Shown piece by piece: positions 37,891 to 47,092 of a DNA stretch of 64,000 nucleotides. This DNA comes from Thermoplasmatota archaeon (GTDB lineage Archaea > Thermoplasmatota > Thermoplasmata > UBA10834). The notes beneath the pieces were generated by a model. That model was given only the letters and a program-made list of their open reading frames with translations. It made no database searches and was not told where the DNA came from. Position 1 is the stretch's first letter; each line of letters opens with the position of its first letter. The stretch lies in the NCBI GenBank assembly GCA_018818785.1, contig JAHIRF010000005.1:139790-203789 (forward strand), in the 5' to 3' direction. The position numbers and the translations under genes are program-made.

Positions 37891-38880
37891 ATGGGTGACT
37901 GGGCCGGAGGTTGCCGCCTCCGCCCAGTCGGGAGGCCCGATACCTTGAATATCAGACCCCCAGAGAATCACATCAAGCTTGAACCGAATAAGACTTTCGC
38001 AGGTAGGACCGAAACTGGTCATGTAGGATGCAAGTTCTGCAAGAGCCACCAGGTCGTCAAGAATGGCAAGCGTGGCGATAAGCAGCTCTACAAGTGCAAA
38101 TCATGTGGCAAGCAATTCGTAGACAATGAATGCTTTCCGAGGATGCGCACCAGTGCACGAGCAATCTCCGTCGCTCTCGAAGCCTATTTCGATGGTCTCT
38201 CACTCGCTAAGGTCGTCAATCTTCTGAGGCGCGTGTATGGAATCACCATAAACAGGGCGACAGTCTGGAGGTGGATTCAGAAGTACGTTCCTTTGGTCAA
38301 GAAGATGATGGGCCAGTTCACCGCCAATGCAACTAGTTCATGGCACGCAGATGAGACTGCAGTGAAGATCAAGGGAAATATCCATTGGTTCTGGGATGGC
38401 ATCGATTATGATACGCGCTTCATCGTGATGGGTTTGCTCACTCGAAGACGTTCTGTCTCTAACGCTCGCAAGTTCTTCATTGGAGCCAAGGCACAAGTGG
38501 GCGGAAAGGCTCCTGGAGTCATAGTGACTGATGGCTGTGGCTCCTATCGGAAGGGTGTCACAAAGGCGTTCTGGAGAAAGGTCCAGCTTGGAGAATGCAC
38601 TCTTATCCAGAAAGCTGGGTTAAGGGCTAGGTTGGGTAAGCTCTCCAACAATGTGATCGAACGATTCCACAACACCCTCAAAGACCGTGTCAAGATTCTA
38701 AGAGGATTCGGGAGTCGAGGTGGCGCATCAACTGCCCTTGACGGATTCGTGATTCAGTATAACTTTCTTCGAAGGCATACCTCATTGAAAGGTATGACTC
38801 CTGCAGAAAGGGCTGGAATCAGACTACCGACCGTGATGGGATGGGGCGACCTCATACAGTGGTCTCTGAAGCGTTCATAG
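37891..38880 (+). CDS. IS6-family DDE transposase with N-terminal Zn-finger
   Basis: DDE region HADETAVKIKG...WFWDGIDYDTRFIV matches the IS6 DETyvKvnG...YlyRAVD pattern. N-terminal CKFC...CKSC zinc ribbon. The ORF-track extension from 37570 is low-complexity and probably non-coding. Confidence 0.6.
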   Translation: MGDWAGGCRLRPVGRPDTLNIRPPENHIKLEPNKTFAGRTETGHVGCKFCKSHQVVKNGKRGDKQLYKCKSCGKQFVDNECFPRMRTSARAISVALEAYFDGLSLAKVVNLLRRVYGITINRATVWRWIQKYVPLVKKMMGQFTANATSSWHADETAVKIKGNIHWFWDGIDYDTRFIVMGLLTRRRSVSNARKFFIGAKAQVGGKAPGVIVTDGCGSYRKGVTKAFWRKVQLGECTLIQKAGLRARLGKLSNNVIERFHNTLKDRVKILRGFGSRGGASTALDGFVIQYNFLRRHTSLKGMTPAERAGIRLPTVMGWGDLIQWSLKRS

Positions 38881-38897
38881 TGCAATAGTGCAGATAC

Positions 38898-39770
38898 TCA
38901 CTTAGGTTTTCTGAAATGCATCATGTTGTGATGTTGATGGTTTATTCTGTATGCATATGGGTATCCGAAAGGGAACAATGGCTTGACGGGCTGGAGCAAC
39001 ACAACGGTCCCTGAGAACTCGTAACCAATCTTCTCCATCATTGGCACTATGTCTGCCTGGACGCATTTCTCCTTCTTCTTCACCGTGAAGTCGCTCATTA
39101 TGAGAGTGCAATATCTACCGTTCCTAAGCCTGGAGAAGGTCTTCGACATGATGTCCGAGAGAGACTGAATGAACCCACTGTACTCATCGATATTGCCCAA
39201 GTCGTTCTTTCTGTCAGTGTAGCAGGCTACACCTTCTCTCGCCCCCATGCGATACAGTTTCCCATTGTGCTGTCGTATCCCCTTTCCATTGTTCTTGAGG
39301 ATGTTATGGTAGGGCGGAGAGGTCACCACGTAGTCGACCATTGGCACATTATCGAGTTTCTTCAGGGAGTCGCCGATGATATACTCGTATTCTTCTAGAT
39401 CTCTCGACCTCAGTCTCTTCTGGGCAATCTTCTTGTAGTCTGCATTTATGTCAATTCCTATTGCTTTTCGTCCTACCTGGTTGGAGGCAAGCAGTGTCGT
39501 TCCGCTCCCAGCGAACGGGTCAAGCACCGTCATCCCTTTCTTTGTGAACAACTCGACAAGTCTTTGAATATCCCTGACGAGAAATGGTGCGGGATGACTG
39601 TAGGCTTCCTTGTCGTCTGCGCAGCCAACAGATTGCCAGAAGCTGCCGGATAGTAGGAGCCAGTCACGTCCTGACAGATTGTTCAGCTTATTCCTAATAT
39701 CATATTTGCCAGGCTTGTTCTCCTCCGACAGGGGCTTCCTCGGGTTCTTCTTCTCGGTTGTACTCTTCAT
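38898..39770 (-). CDS. site-specific DNA methyltransferase (N6A/N4C, PF01555-like)
   Basis: Motif I VLDPFAGSGTTLLAS and motif IV TSPPYH. 4-nt overlap with the upstream large methyltransferase gene. Confidence 0.75.
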   Translation of the reverse strand: MKSTTEKKNPRKPLSEENKPGKYDIRNKLNNLSGRDWLLLSGSFWQSVGCADDKEAYSHPAPFLVRDIQRLVELFTKKGMTVLDPFAGSGTTLLASNQVGRKAIGIDINADYKKIAQKRLRSRDLEEYEYIIGDSLKKLDNVPMVDYVVTSPPYHNILKNNGKGIRQHNGKLYRMGAREGVACYTDRKNDLGNIDEYSGFIQSLSDIMSKTFSRLRNGRYCTLIMSDFTVKKKEKCVQADIVPMMEKIGYEFSGTVVLLQPVKPLFPFGYPYAYRINHQHHNMMHFRKPK

Positions 39771-42136
39771 TTCAATTCCTTTGCCGTTCGTGTGATTTCC
39801 TTGATGGTTGGCTCGGAGAACCCTGCTAGACGCTCAACATCTCTATATGTTAGGTATCTCCAACTGTTTTCCTCGAATGCTCTGACGAACAGAGGGTCAC
39901 AAACCCTCTTCAATTCCGATTCCCGAGCTATGGGTATTACCATGAACTTGGGAATTGTCTTCTCCGTGTTGGATGCTCTTTGAATGGCTGATGTGAATCC
40001 AGTGGAGTTCTCAACCTCGAAAACGCATTCTATGGACGCCCCATCTTCTGATAGCCAGAGGACATCAATCATCTCTATTCGTTCCAGTTTCAATGATTCA
40101 TAGCTGCCACTGAGGGTAGATAGGTCCACAAATGTCGAAAGGTCACGAAGAGGCTTGTTGAAATCGTAGAATTCGGGCTGCTCTCGTTTTCCCACGAATA
40201 CCGAGAATCCGTTCTTCCTTCCTGCGGCACAGAGCAAGCTAATGATGCGGCTGTGTTCACCAACCGTTTTCACCACCACATCCTTTATCTTCCAAAATCC
40301 ACCAGCTCGAGAGGCGTACTTCTCCAATACCTTGACGATGCCACGTGGGTCGGGAGTGAGGCCATTTGGGTATGTCTGGAAGAGTTCTCCGATGACATCG
40401 TCAAGTCTCACAGAAACTCTTCTTCTGAGTATGGACAGAACTAATTCCTCCACACGGTCTTGAAGTGGTCTGTCTGGGTAGTTAATGTGGCTCTGCGGTT
40501 CTCTGAACCACCATATGTCGCCAGAACCGTCGAATTCGTTCGGCATCACTACGAATGTGCCCTCCTCCCCAGCCTCTCGTCTCAGAACTCTTTCAATTTC
40601 CTGGCTGTAGTCTCTCGGATGGATGTATCCTGCTTGGATCATCTCTGGAATCAACCCCGCAACAATGAACGTGTATGGTGTAGGTTCGTTTCGAATCGCG
40701 ATTATCTCTATGGCTTTCTGCACAATGAAATGCTCTAGACCAGACTGGTCATCGGTAAAATCCACATCCCTGCGTTTGACACATCGTATGTAGAAGTCGG
40801 CTCCAGACGTTCCATACGGATTAGAGACGTTGGATTCACCCGACCTACGATTGTATTGGTGTGTCACTTTGTCGAATCTAAATCCCGCTATCTTGACTGC
40901 ATTCACAAAGTCGTTCCATTCGCGGATCTTCTTGTGGTGGAATGTCACCACCAAGTAGCCATCATCCTTGAGCACTTGATGCATTTGCTTGAACGCATTC
41001 GCCATTCTCGTTCTGTACTGCTCTCTACTAGCTAGACCCTCCTTTATCGTAATCTCAGAACTGAGATCGGGCGCGTATTTCTTATCCACTTCCTTGAGCC
41101 AGACGAGCCATATCAGACTCAGGTCAAGATAGAAGACCAATCCTGCGTATGGAGGGTCCGTGATTATGAAGTCGATGCTTTTCTCTTTAACGTACTTTGA
41201 TAAATCCGCCACATCCAGTGTCCCATAGTTAATGTCCTTGCTCCCGTCGATTTTCTTCTTGACGTTGAGACATGAGACAGATATGTCTTTCTTCAACCTC
41301 TTCTTGGCGTCAATCATTGCTGAGCGAACACTTTGTTTACCCAGGCATGCCCTCTCGAAGATGATTAGAGGGTTCTGTTCAAGGGATTTGCTTCGTATCA
41401 TATAGTCGGCTCTTCCCCAACTCCCTGAGAAATCTCTTTGGGATGCCTTGCTTCTGGGAACCACCATCTTGAATGTAAGATGGAGTGTCTGGATGAATCC
41501 ATACAGCAACTGATGACGAATATCTCTGTCGTCGACCTTGAGTATCTTGTCGAATATTGATGAGAGCAAGTACAGGTTCCTCCTTGTCCAGAGGAACTCG
41601 AAACTGTCCCCACCCACATCTAGGATGAATTTGTGAGTAATGGATGGTGTGGTGGGAAACTTATCCTTTGGATACTTGAATGGTATATCGATGCTCAGCA
41701 TCTGAATCGCTTTCTCTCTGTCAACATCCTCCGCCGGAAGCCGATATTTCTTGCCCGAATTCGTTTCTAGGCACACTTCGTCAACGTTTCCAGATTTCCA
41801 TCTGTAATTGTATACATGAGTGCCCTGGCCCTGATGGAGTCTCATGTAGTGCTCCTTGTACACCAAATCCGATTCTATCGCTTCCTTGATTCTCAGGAAC
41901 TCTTCCACGAATCTTGGCTCATCGAAATTCGTGTCGAACACCTCTATCGTGAACGATGTGATTGGATTCAAGTCGAAGCACAGTGCTCTCCTTCGTGCAA
42001 TGACCGTCTCAAATGCGGACATTGCGCTGCCAGCAAAAGGATCAAGCACCAAGCCACCAGGTGGGCAGTAGCATTCAACATATCTCCGCCAGATATTGTG
42101 AGGTTTCTTCCCCCAGTACTTCATTGCGGTGTACAT
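39767..42136 (-). CDS. large DNA methyltransferase fusion protein (MTase module plus about 300-aa C-terminal domain of unknown function)
   Basis: Motif I GGLVLDPFAGSAMSAFE near the N-terminus and DPPY motif IITDPPYAGLV about 300 aa later. C-terminal region with ECVFEVENST...K. ORF-track TTG start at 42211; the first ATG gives 42136. Confidence 0.55.
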   Translation of the reverse strand: MYTAMKYWGKKPHNIWRRYVECYCPPGGLVLDPFAGSAMSAFETVIARRRALCFDLNPITSFTIEVFDTNFDEPRFVEEFLRIKEAIESDLVYKEHYMRLHQGQGTHVYNYRWKSGNVDEVCLETNSGKKYRLPAEDVDREKAIQMLSIDIPFKYPKDKFPTTPSITHKFILDVGGDSFEFLWTRRNLYLLSSIFDKILKVDDRDIRHQLLYGFIQTLHLTFKMVVPRSKASQRDFSGSWGRADYMIRSKSLEQNPLIIFERACLGKQSVRSAMIDAKKRLKKDISVSCLNVKKKIDGSKDINYGTLDVADLSKYVKEKSIDFIITDPPYAGLVFYLDLSLIWLVWLKEVDKKYAPDLSSEITIKEGLASREQYRTRMANAFKQMHQVLKDDGYLVVTFHHKKIREWNDFVNAVKIAGFRFDKVTHQYNRRSGESNVSNPYGTSGADFYIRCVKRRDVDFTDDQSGLEHFIVQKAIEIIAIRNEPTPYTFIVAGLIPEMIQAGYIHPRDYSQEIERVLRREAGEEGTFVVMPNEFDGSGDIWWFREPQSHINYPDRPLQDRVEELVLSILRRRVSVRLDDVIGELFQTYPNGLTPDPRGIVKVLEKYASRAGGFWKIKDVVVKTVGEHSRIISLLCAAGRKNGFSVFVGKREQPEFYDFNKPLRDLSTFVDLSTLSGSYESLKLERIEMIDVLWLSEDGASIECVFEVENSTGFTSAIQRASNTEKTIPKFMVIPIARESELKRVCDPLFVRAFEENSWRYLTYRDVERLAGFSEPTIKEITRTAKELK

Positions 42137-42468
42137 CGGAGGACGAACATCTTCAACGAGAGCGTAATTGATGTGCGTCACTGCGAAATCAGTTTCCTGC
42201 TGCCCAATCAATTCTTGCCACCTCTCTGTATCCAGTTGAGGATGGCCTCTTCGACCGCAGCCTTGATGTCGCCCTTCTTAAAACCGCCAGACCGTTTGTA
42301 GATCTCGTCACGCAGAGCTTTGTCGACCTCGTGGGAAATCTCAACCTTGGTCAAGTTATCGCAGATGTATGCACGTAAGTACTTATGTACTTTGGTACTT
42401 TAGTTCCTAAGTGTCTGTAACCGGAGCCCTGCGCGTTGATGGGTGTGTTACCGAAGGTAGGACACATC

Positions 42469-42951
42469 TCATCTTCGTGGCTGGTAAACCTTCTTATGAT
42501 AACCATTTCGTCTGAAGAGCTTATATGCTCGCGTGTAGACGTTTCGCCAATCACCCTTGCTCAGGTCCTTGTAGTGACAATTGAGGCCCCGTCTCGTCTT
42601 TGAAGCGATATAGTCTAGACAGCGATGACCATAGGCGATTCTCACATAATCGGTTGCAGTTTCTGGGCGAATTCCTATCGAGCCGACAAAACCGTCAATC
42701 ATGTCGCGTATCCCCTCAGGAGAATGCCAATAATCGAGGTCACGATGGTCTGGGCCAAATTTCTTTGCGTTCTTGTCCATTCTTCTATGAACGCTCGTTC
42801 CGTCAGTATCCTCGTATATCACTCCGTTCTTCACGAGGCGTTTCTCATCAAAATCTAGATGATAGTCCAGAGATGGCACCATTTCCACCCGGAGGCATAG
42901 ATGCCCCTTCGGCCTATTGATGATATTGCAGATCCCATCTGTTAGAGTCAA
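42469..42951 (-). CDS. hypothetical protein
   Basis: Protein-like composition, no recognisable motif. 4-nt overlap with the upstream ORF suggests co-transcription. Confidence 0.35.
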   Translation of the reverse strand: MTLTDGICNIINRPKGHLCLRVEMVPSLDYHLDFDEKRLVKNGVIYEDTDGTSVHRRMDKNAKKFGPDHRDLDYWHSPEGIRDMIDGFVGSIGIRPETATDYVRIAYGHRCLDYIASKTRRGLNCHYKDLSKGDWRNVYTRAYKLFRRNGYHKKVYQPRR

Positions 42952-43544
42952 GAACTCCGAGGTTCCCGCTCTTTCTCCCGCTTTCCAACAATTTTCATCA
43001 GCTGAGGGATGTCCTTCTCCACCCTGGCCGATAGCTTTTCAATTGCCTTCATTACAGGTCTGATTTCAAATGTCGAATTCAAGAATACGACGGTCATCGT
43101 GGGAGCATCGAAGAAGCCAAAATGAGGTGCATTGAGGGGCAGCATCGTGTGCTTCTGGAAATTCACTCCCCCTCTCCTGAAGCCAGGGTTGGCCTTCATC
43201 CACTTGTCGAGCCTTTCGTCGAAGTGGTCGAAATGGTCCCTCATCTTGCGTGAGTTCAACGGGGATGTTTCGAGGATGGAGAATCGCGACTTCAGATGCC
43301 TTGCCCTTTCTTGGCACCTTTCCGATTTGTTAGGTGGCCAGAATGATCTAGAAATACCTGCGGATGAACGGAGCAAAGCCTTCAGACAGAACCAGACCCG
43401 ATCAGCATCTCGAACAGCAATGCTGCACAACAGACCGCGATAAGCCATCTTGGCGTGCAGACAATCGTCTTCCAGTGAGTACTCGAAACCAAGAATCTCC
43501 ATATCCTCCATGCGGTCACCTAATGATGATATGGGATGTCCCAT
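42948..43544 (-). CDS. hypothetical protein
   Basis: No recognisable motif. Sits in the accessory island. Confidence 0.35.
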   Translation of the reverse strand: MGHPISSLGDRMEDMEILGFEYSLEDDCLHAKMAYRGLLCSIAVRDADRVWFCLKALLRSSAGISRSFWPPNKSERCQERARHLKSRFSILETSPLNSRKMRDHFDHFDERLDKWMKANPGFRRGGVNFQKHTMLPLNAPHFGFFDAPTMTVVFLNSTFEIRPVMKAIEKLSARVEKDIPQLMKIVGKREKEREPRSS

Positions 43545-43764
43545 CTCTTAGGATGTATGATTCTGGGCTTCTTCCTTTGGACAAGATCGGGCCTTGGCTC
43601 TCCATCGCTTCCTAGCGGAATCATGGTCATACAACTGAGAACCCTCTCGATTGTCATATGGTTTTGGGCTGCATGTAGGCTACAGGATTGGGCTGTACTA
43701 TCGGCTACCCGCAGTCAATACACTTATATGTGCCACTTGAGTAGAATGCATCCAAGGGAATACC

Positions 43765-43980
43765 GTGAAGTCATACGAAAGAGCAAGGAGCGCCGAAGGG
43801 AAGAAGAGAGAGCCGTACTGCGCCAAGGTGAGCATCGTCGAAACCCAGATGCGAAACATGTGGCCGGATGCGTACTTGATGCCCAGAGAAGCGTACTTGA
43901 TACACCTGCGCATCCTGATTAGCGAGATGACTGCGTTGATAAAGGCGACCGAGGCTGAGATCAAACGAGTAGAAAACTGA
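43765..43980 (+). CDS. hypothetical small protein
   Basis: 71-aa ORF on the strand opposite its neighbours. Weak support. Confidence 0.2.
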   Translation: MKSYERARSAEGKKREPYCAKVSIVETQMRNMWPDAYLMPREAYLIHLRILISEMTALIKATEAEIKRVEN

Positions 43981-43987
43981 TTGGTGG

Positions 43988-44671
43988 TTACTCGGAATCT
44001 GAAGGAGGCAACGAATACAGTTCCTTATCTACCATCTTGTTGAACTCCAGCTGAGCATTGCGCGCCTCCTTATACGTCTCATTCGCATCCAATGAAGACA
44101 TACCTGCGAAGAGGATTAGCACGGACCCAACGACAATCGCTGCAATCTGAAAGCTATCTCCCACCAGAGAGTATGCCAGTATTAAGAATCCCATGCCTAA
44201 CAGACATATCATCGCACGGAGGACCAGCGAGGAACACTTGTCTTCGGCAGTCCATCCCTCAGTGTAGAGTGTTGACACCTTCTCACACTCCCCGAACTTG
44301 CTGGTCAGCTCTTCTGTCAATTCCTTGAGTTGGCCATGCTCTTCGGGCGTAGGGGGCGTCTTCTCAATAAGCGCTTTGACTGCATTGAGGACTTCTGATG
44401 TGTCCTGGTCCTCAGTCATTGCCTTAATGAGACTTTTCCGAATCTCCGCAAATTCAGGGTTTCGCTTCAGGATGTTATCGATCTGTTGAACCGATTTCGT
44501 GAGGTACGTGAGGAAGAACTGATTGACAAGTCTTGAGCGCATAGCTACGTGTTGGTCCCTCCCTTCTTTTCGGAACCTCTCCGCATGAGATCGCAGGTGA
44601 ACGAAGAGCGCCACCAACGCGCCCCCACCGACCAAACACGCGGCTCCAATCGCAACAAAATCATCGGCCAT
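43988..44671 (-). CDS. hypothetical membrane protein
   Basis: N-terminal transmembrane helix (FVAIGAACLVGGGALVALFV) and two C-terminal helices around a long helical region. Confidence 0.4.
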   Translation of the reverse strand: MADDFVAIGAACLVGGGALVALFVHLRSHAERFRKEGRDQHVAMRSRLVNQFFLTYLTKSVQQIDNILKRNPEFAEIRKSLIKAMTEDQDTSEVLNAVKALIEKTPPTPEEHGQLKELTEELTSKFGECEKVSTLYTEGWTAEDKCSSLVLRAMICLLGMGFLILAYSLVGDSFQIAAIVVGSVLILFAGMSSLDANETYKEARNAQLEFNKMVDKELYSLPPSDSE

Positions 44672-44680
44672 AGTCTCTCC

Positions 44681-45310
44681 CTATTCAACTGGCGGTCCTT
44701 CGTACTCGGACTCCTTCGCAAATGATGGATAGTGCTCGTACACGTGCGTTATCAAATCATGAATGGGCATCATATTGTACTGTATCTTGATGTCTACGAG
44801 CCCCTGTCTCAAGCGCGGTTCAAGCGAATCGTAAGCCATCCTTGCTCGTTCAAAACCTTCAGGAGTCAGGCTATAGACTTCACTCCCGAAGCCTGAGGTA
44901 ATCTGGATGAGCCCTTTCCTAATCAGGTCTGAGAAGTCATTCCAAGCACCGTCTGAATACGGCCCGTACTTGTATGGTCGAAATGAGTAGAACCCTTTGA
45001 CATCTTTGAATCGCATCAAGAAGAGAAACAGTTCCTTCATGAGCCGTGTCTTCCCCGCAATCGGTTCGTTGTATCGCTGCCTCCTTCCACCCGCGAAGAG
45101 AAGCATCAGTATCCAGTCTTCTAGTCGAGTAGGAATCTCGCTAATAGTGGCTTTCCTCTCTTCCCAGGGCATCCCTAGCATTTCCCGAATCGCTCCCTTT
45201 CGAGAGCCATTATACCATTTGTGCCATTTAAGCCTAGGCCACTTCTGAGGGTGCTCATCACCATCACCCGACTTGTGACAGAACTGGCAGGACCAGGTTC
45301 GTTCATTCAT
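44681..45310 (-). CDS. hypothetical protein with an N-terminal Cys cluster and a possible winged-helix region
   Basis: WSCQFCHKSGDGDEH at the N-terminus. KTRLMKELFLFLMRF...YSFRPYKYGPYSD resembles Panacea-type or winged-helix segments. Confidence 0.35.
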   Translation of the reverse strand: MNERTWSCQFCHKSGDGDEHPQKWPRLKWHKWYNGSRKGAIREMLGMPWEERKATISEIPTRLEDWILMLLFAGGRRQRYNEPIAGKTRLMKELFLFLMRFKDVKGFYSFRPYKYGPYSDGAWNDFSDLIRKGLIQITSGFGSEVYSLTPEGFERARMAYDSLEPRLRQGLVDIKIQYNMMPIHDLITHVYEHYPSFAKESEYEGPPVE

Positions 45311-45549
45311 ATCCGAGGTCTATCCAATCAAAAAGGCACGATTCCCAGGCTCAAAGTGAGTCTGACGCCCTGAAGGTGCCCATTTCGGAGACCTCTGAAA
45401 TCGTCAGAATCTCGTCTGACTGGACTACCCAGATTCATCCTACTTAATGCAACAATGCCGAGACCAAGAAAGGTATAAATACTCACGAGTTTATACTGAC
45501 ATTTGTCTGACAATTCGAGCAATATCGTCCGACGCCGGGAGACTTCCAA

Positions 45550-45864
45550 ATGGTCGAGTCAGAGCGTGTCACGATAAGACTACCGAATGAGCGCGTCCAG
45601 GCGCTCCAGGCTCTAGTGGATCAGGGGAAGTTCTCCACGCTCTCCGACGCGATCAGAGCCGCGATAGACAAGTTCGTCGAGAGCGAATTCACACCAGAAT
45701 ATATAGAGAAGGTAACAGTCGAGCTGCCTAAGGGCAATGTCGTGAACCTGAAGCAGCTGGTTCAGGACGGCGACTCCGTTTCTGTAGACGACGCCATCAG
45801 AAACGCTGTGCGCGAATACATACGCAAGAGATTGTCACAAGCGATGCAAGAACTCGAAAGGTGA
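45550..45864 (+). CDS. tandem ribbon-helix-helix (CopG/Arc-like) DNA-binding protein
   Basis: Two RHH units in one chain (VTIRLPNERVQALQALVDQGKFSTLSDAIRAAI and VTVELPKGNVVNLKQLVQDGDSVSVDDAIRNAVREYI). Confidence 0.55.
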   Translation: MVESERVTIRLPNERVQALQALVDQGKFSTLSDAIRAAIDKFVESEFTPEYIEKVTVELPKGNVVNLKQLVQDGDSVSVDDAIRNAVREYIRKRLSQAMQELER

Positions 45865-45959
45865 CGATCCACAAACCGAGCGCAGAGGATGGGAAGCAGA
45901 TGGCCACGCACGCATGTATGCATGAGCGAACGCCCTCTTCAGGGAGGTGCAATTAGCGC

Positions 45960-47009
45960 ATGCTCAACAAGTTGATCCAGGATGCCCTCGAGACGGAGCG
46001 CGACTTCGAGGTACATCTTGCTCCGAAGATATGCGTCGTGGGCTGCGGTGGCGGCGGTTCGAACAGTGTGCACAGGATCAATAGAGTAGCGCTGGAAGGT
46101 GTCGACACCATCGCTATCAACACGGACAAGTTCCACTTGGCCAGGACCGATGCGAAGAAAAGGCTGCTCATAGGCGAGCATGCGACATTCGGATATGGCA
46201 CGGGCGGAGACCCCGATATAGGCGAGAAGGTAGCGTATGACGCGATGGACAAGATAGAGGCGCTGGTGCGCCAATACGATATCGTGTTCGTCACGGCTGG
46301 CATGGGCGGCGGAACGGGCACGGGAGTCGCGCCAGTCGTAGCAGAGGCTGCGCGAAGACACGGCGCGATATCAGTCGCACTCGTGACGATACCCTTCGAT
46401 ATCGAGAAAGGGAGGTTGCGCGTCGCGTTCAACGGGATCGCGAAGCTGAGGGAGAGCGCTCACAGCACGATCATACTAGACAACAACCGTCTGTTGAAGA
46501 TCGCGCCCAAGTTGCCGATCGAACAGGCGTTCATGGTGATGGACCAGCTCATCGTCGAGGTCGTCAAGGGTGTGACCGAAACGGTGTGCGAGACCAGCAT
46601 GATCAATCTGGACTTCGCAGACTTCAGGAGCCTGATGCTCAAGGGTGGCGCGTCCACCGTGCTCTACGGTGAGAGCGAGGACGCTCAGAAGGTGGTCGCA
46701 GAGGCGATCAGCAACCCACTACTGGATATCGACTTCGAAGGCGCCACAGGCGCGATGATCCATCTCACCGGTGGTCCGTCGCTATCCCTGCGGAAGGCGT
46801 ACGAAGTCTTCAACGGTATCACGAACAAACTCGGAGATTGCGCCCACATCAAACTGGGCGCAAGAATAGATCCGGACATAGGCCAGAGCATCAAGCTGAT
46901 GGCGATAGTCACCGGCGTCCGGACACCCGAAGATACGGACGCGTTCAGGCTCCCAGAAATAGACGGGCTGATCAGCGCCCGGATCGCCATGGCAAACGTG
47001 TTAGGATGA
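45960..47009 (+). CDS. FtsZ-family GTPase, divergent third paralog
   Basis: GCGGGGSN and GGGTGTG tubulin/FtsZ signatures. Shorter than the other two copies and lacks the usual C-terminal tail. Confidence 0.7.
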   Translation: MLNKLIQDALETERDFEVHLAPKICVVGCGGGGSNSVHRINRVALEGVDTIAINTDKFHLARTDAKKRLLIGEHATFGYGTGGDPDIGEKVAYDAMDKIEALVRQYDIVFVTAGMGGGTGTGVAPVVAEAARRHGAISVALVTIPFDIEKGRLRVAFNGIAKLRESAHSTIILDNNRLLKIAPKLPIEQAFMVMDQLIVEVVKGVTETVCETSMINLDFADFRSLMLKGGASTVLYGESEDAQKVVAEAISNPLLDIDFEGATGAMIHLTGGPSLSLRKAYEVFNGITNKLGDCAHIKLGARIDPDIGQSIKLMAIVTGVRTPEDTDAFRLPEIDGLISARIAMANVLG

Positions 47010-47092
47010 TATCCTCCCCCACATATACAACAACAAAAAATGCGCCCCCTACCGTAACTTTGGGGGGCGCCACAGATTTTTCCGGAAATCAA

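Larger units (their letters stand above)
34325..38880 (+). mobile_element. putative IS6-bounded (pseudo-compound) segment: truncated and full transposase copies in direct orientation flanking cargo genes
   Basis: Two homologous transposase sequences on the same strand bracket NYN, hypothetical and toxin-antitoxin genes. Inverted repeats were not identified by eye. Confidence 0.3.
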
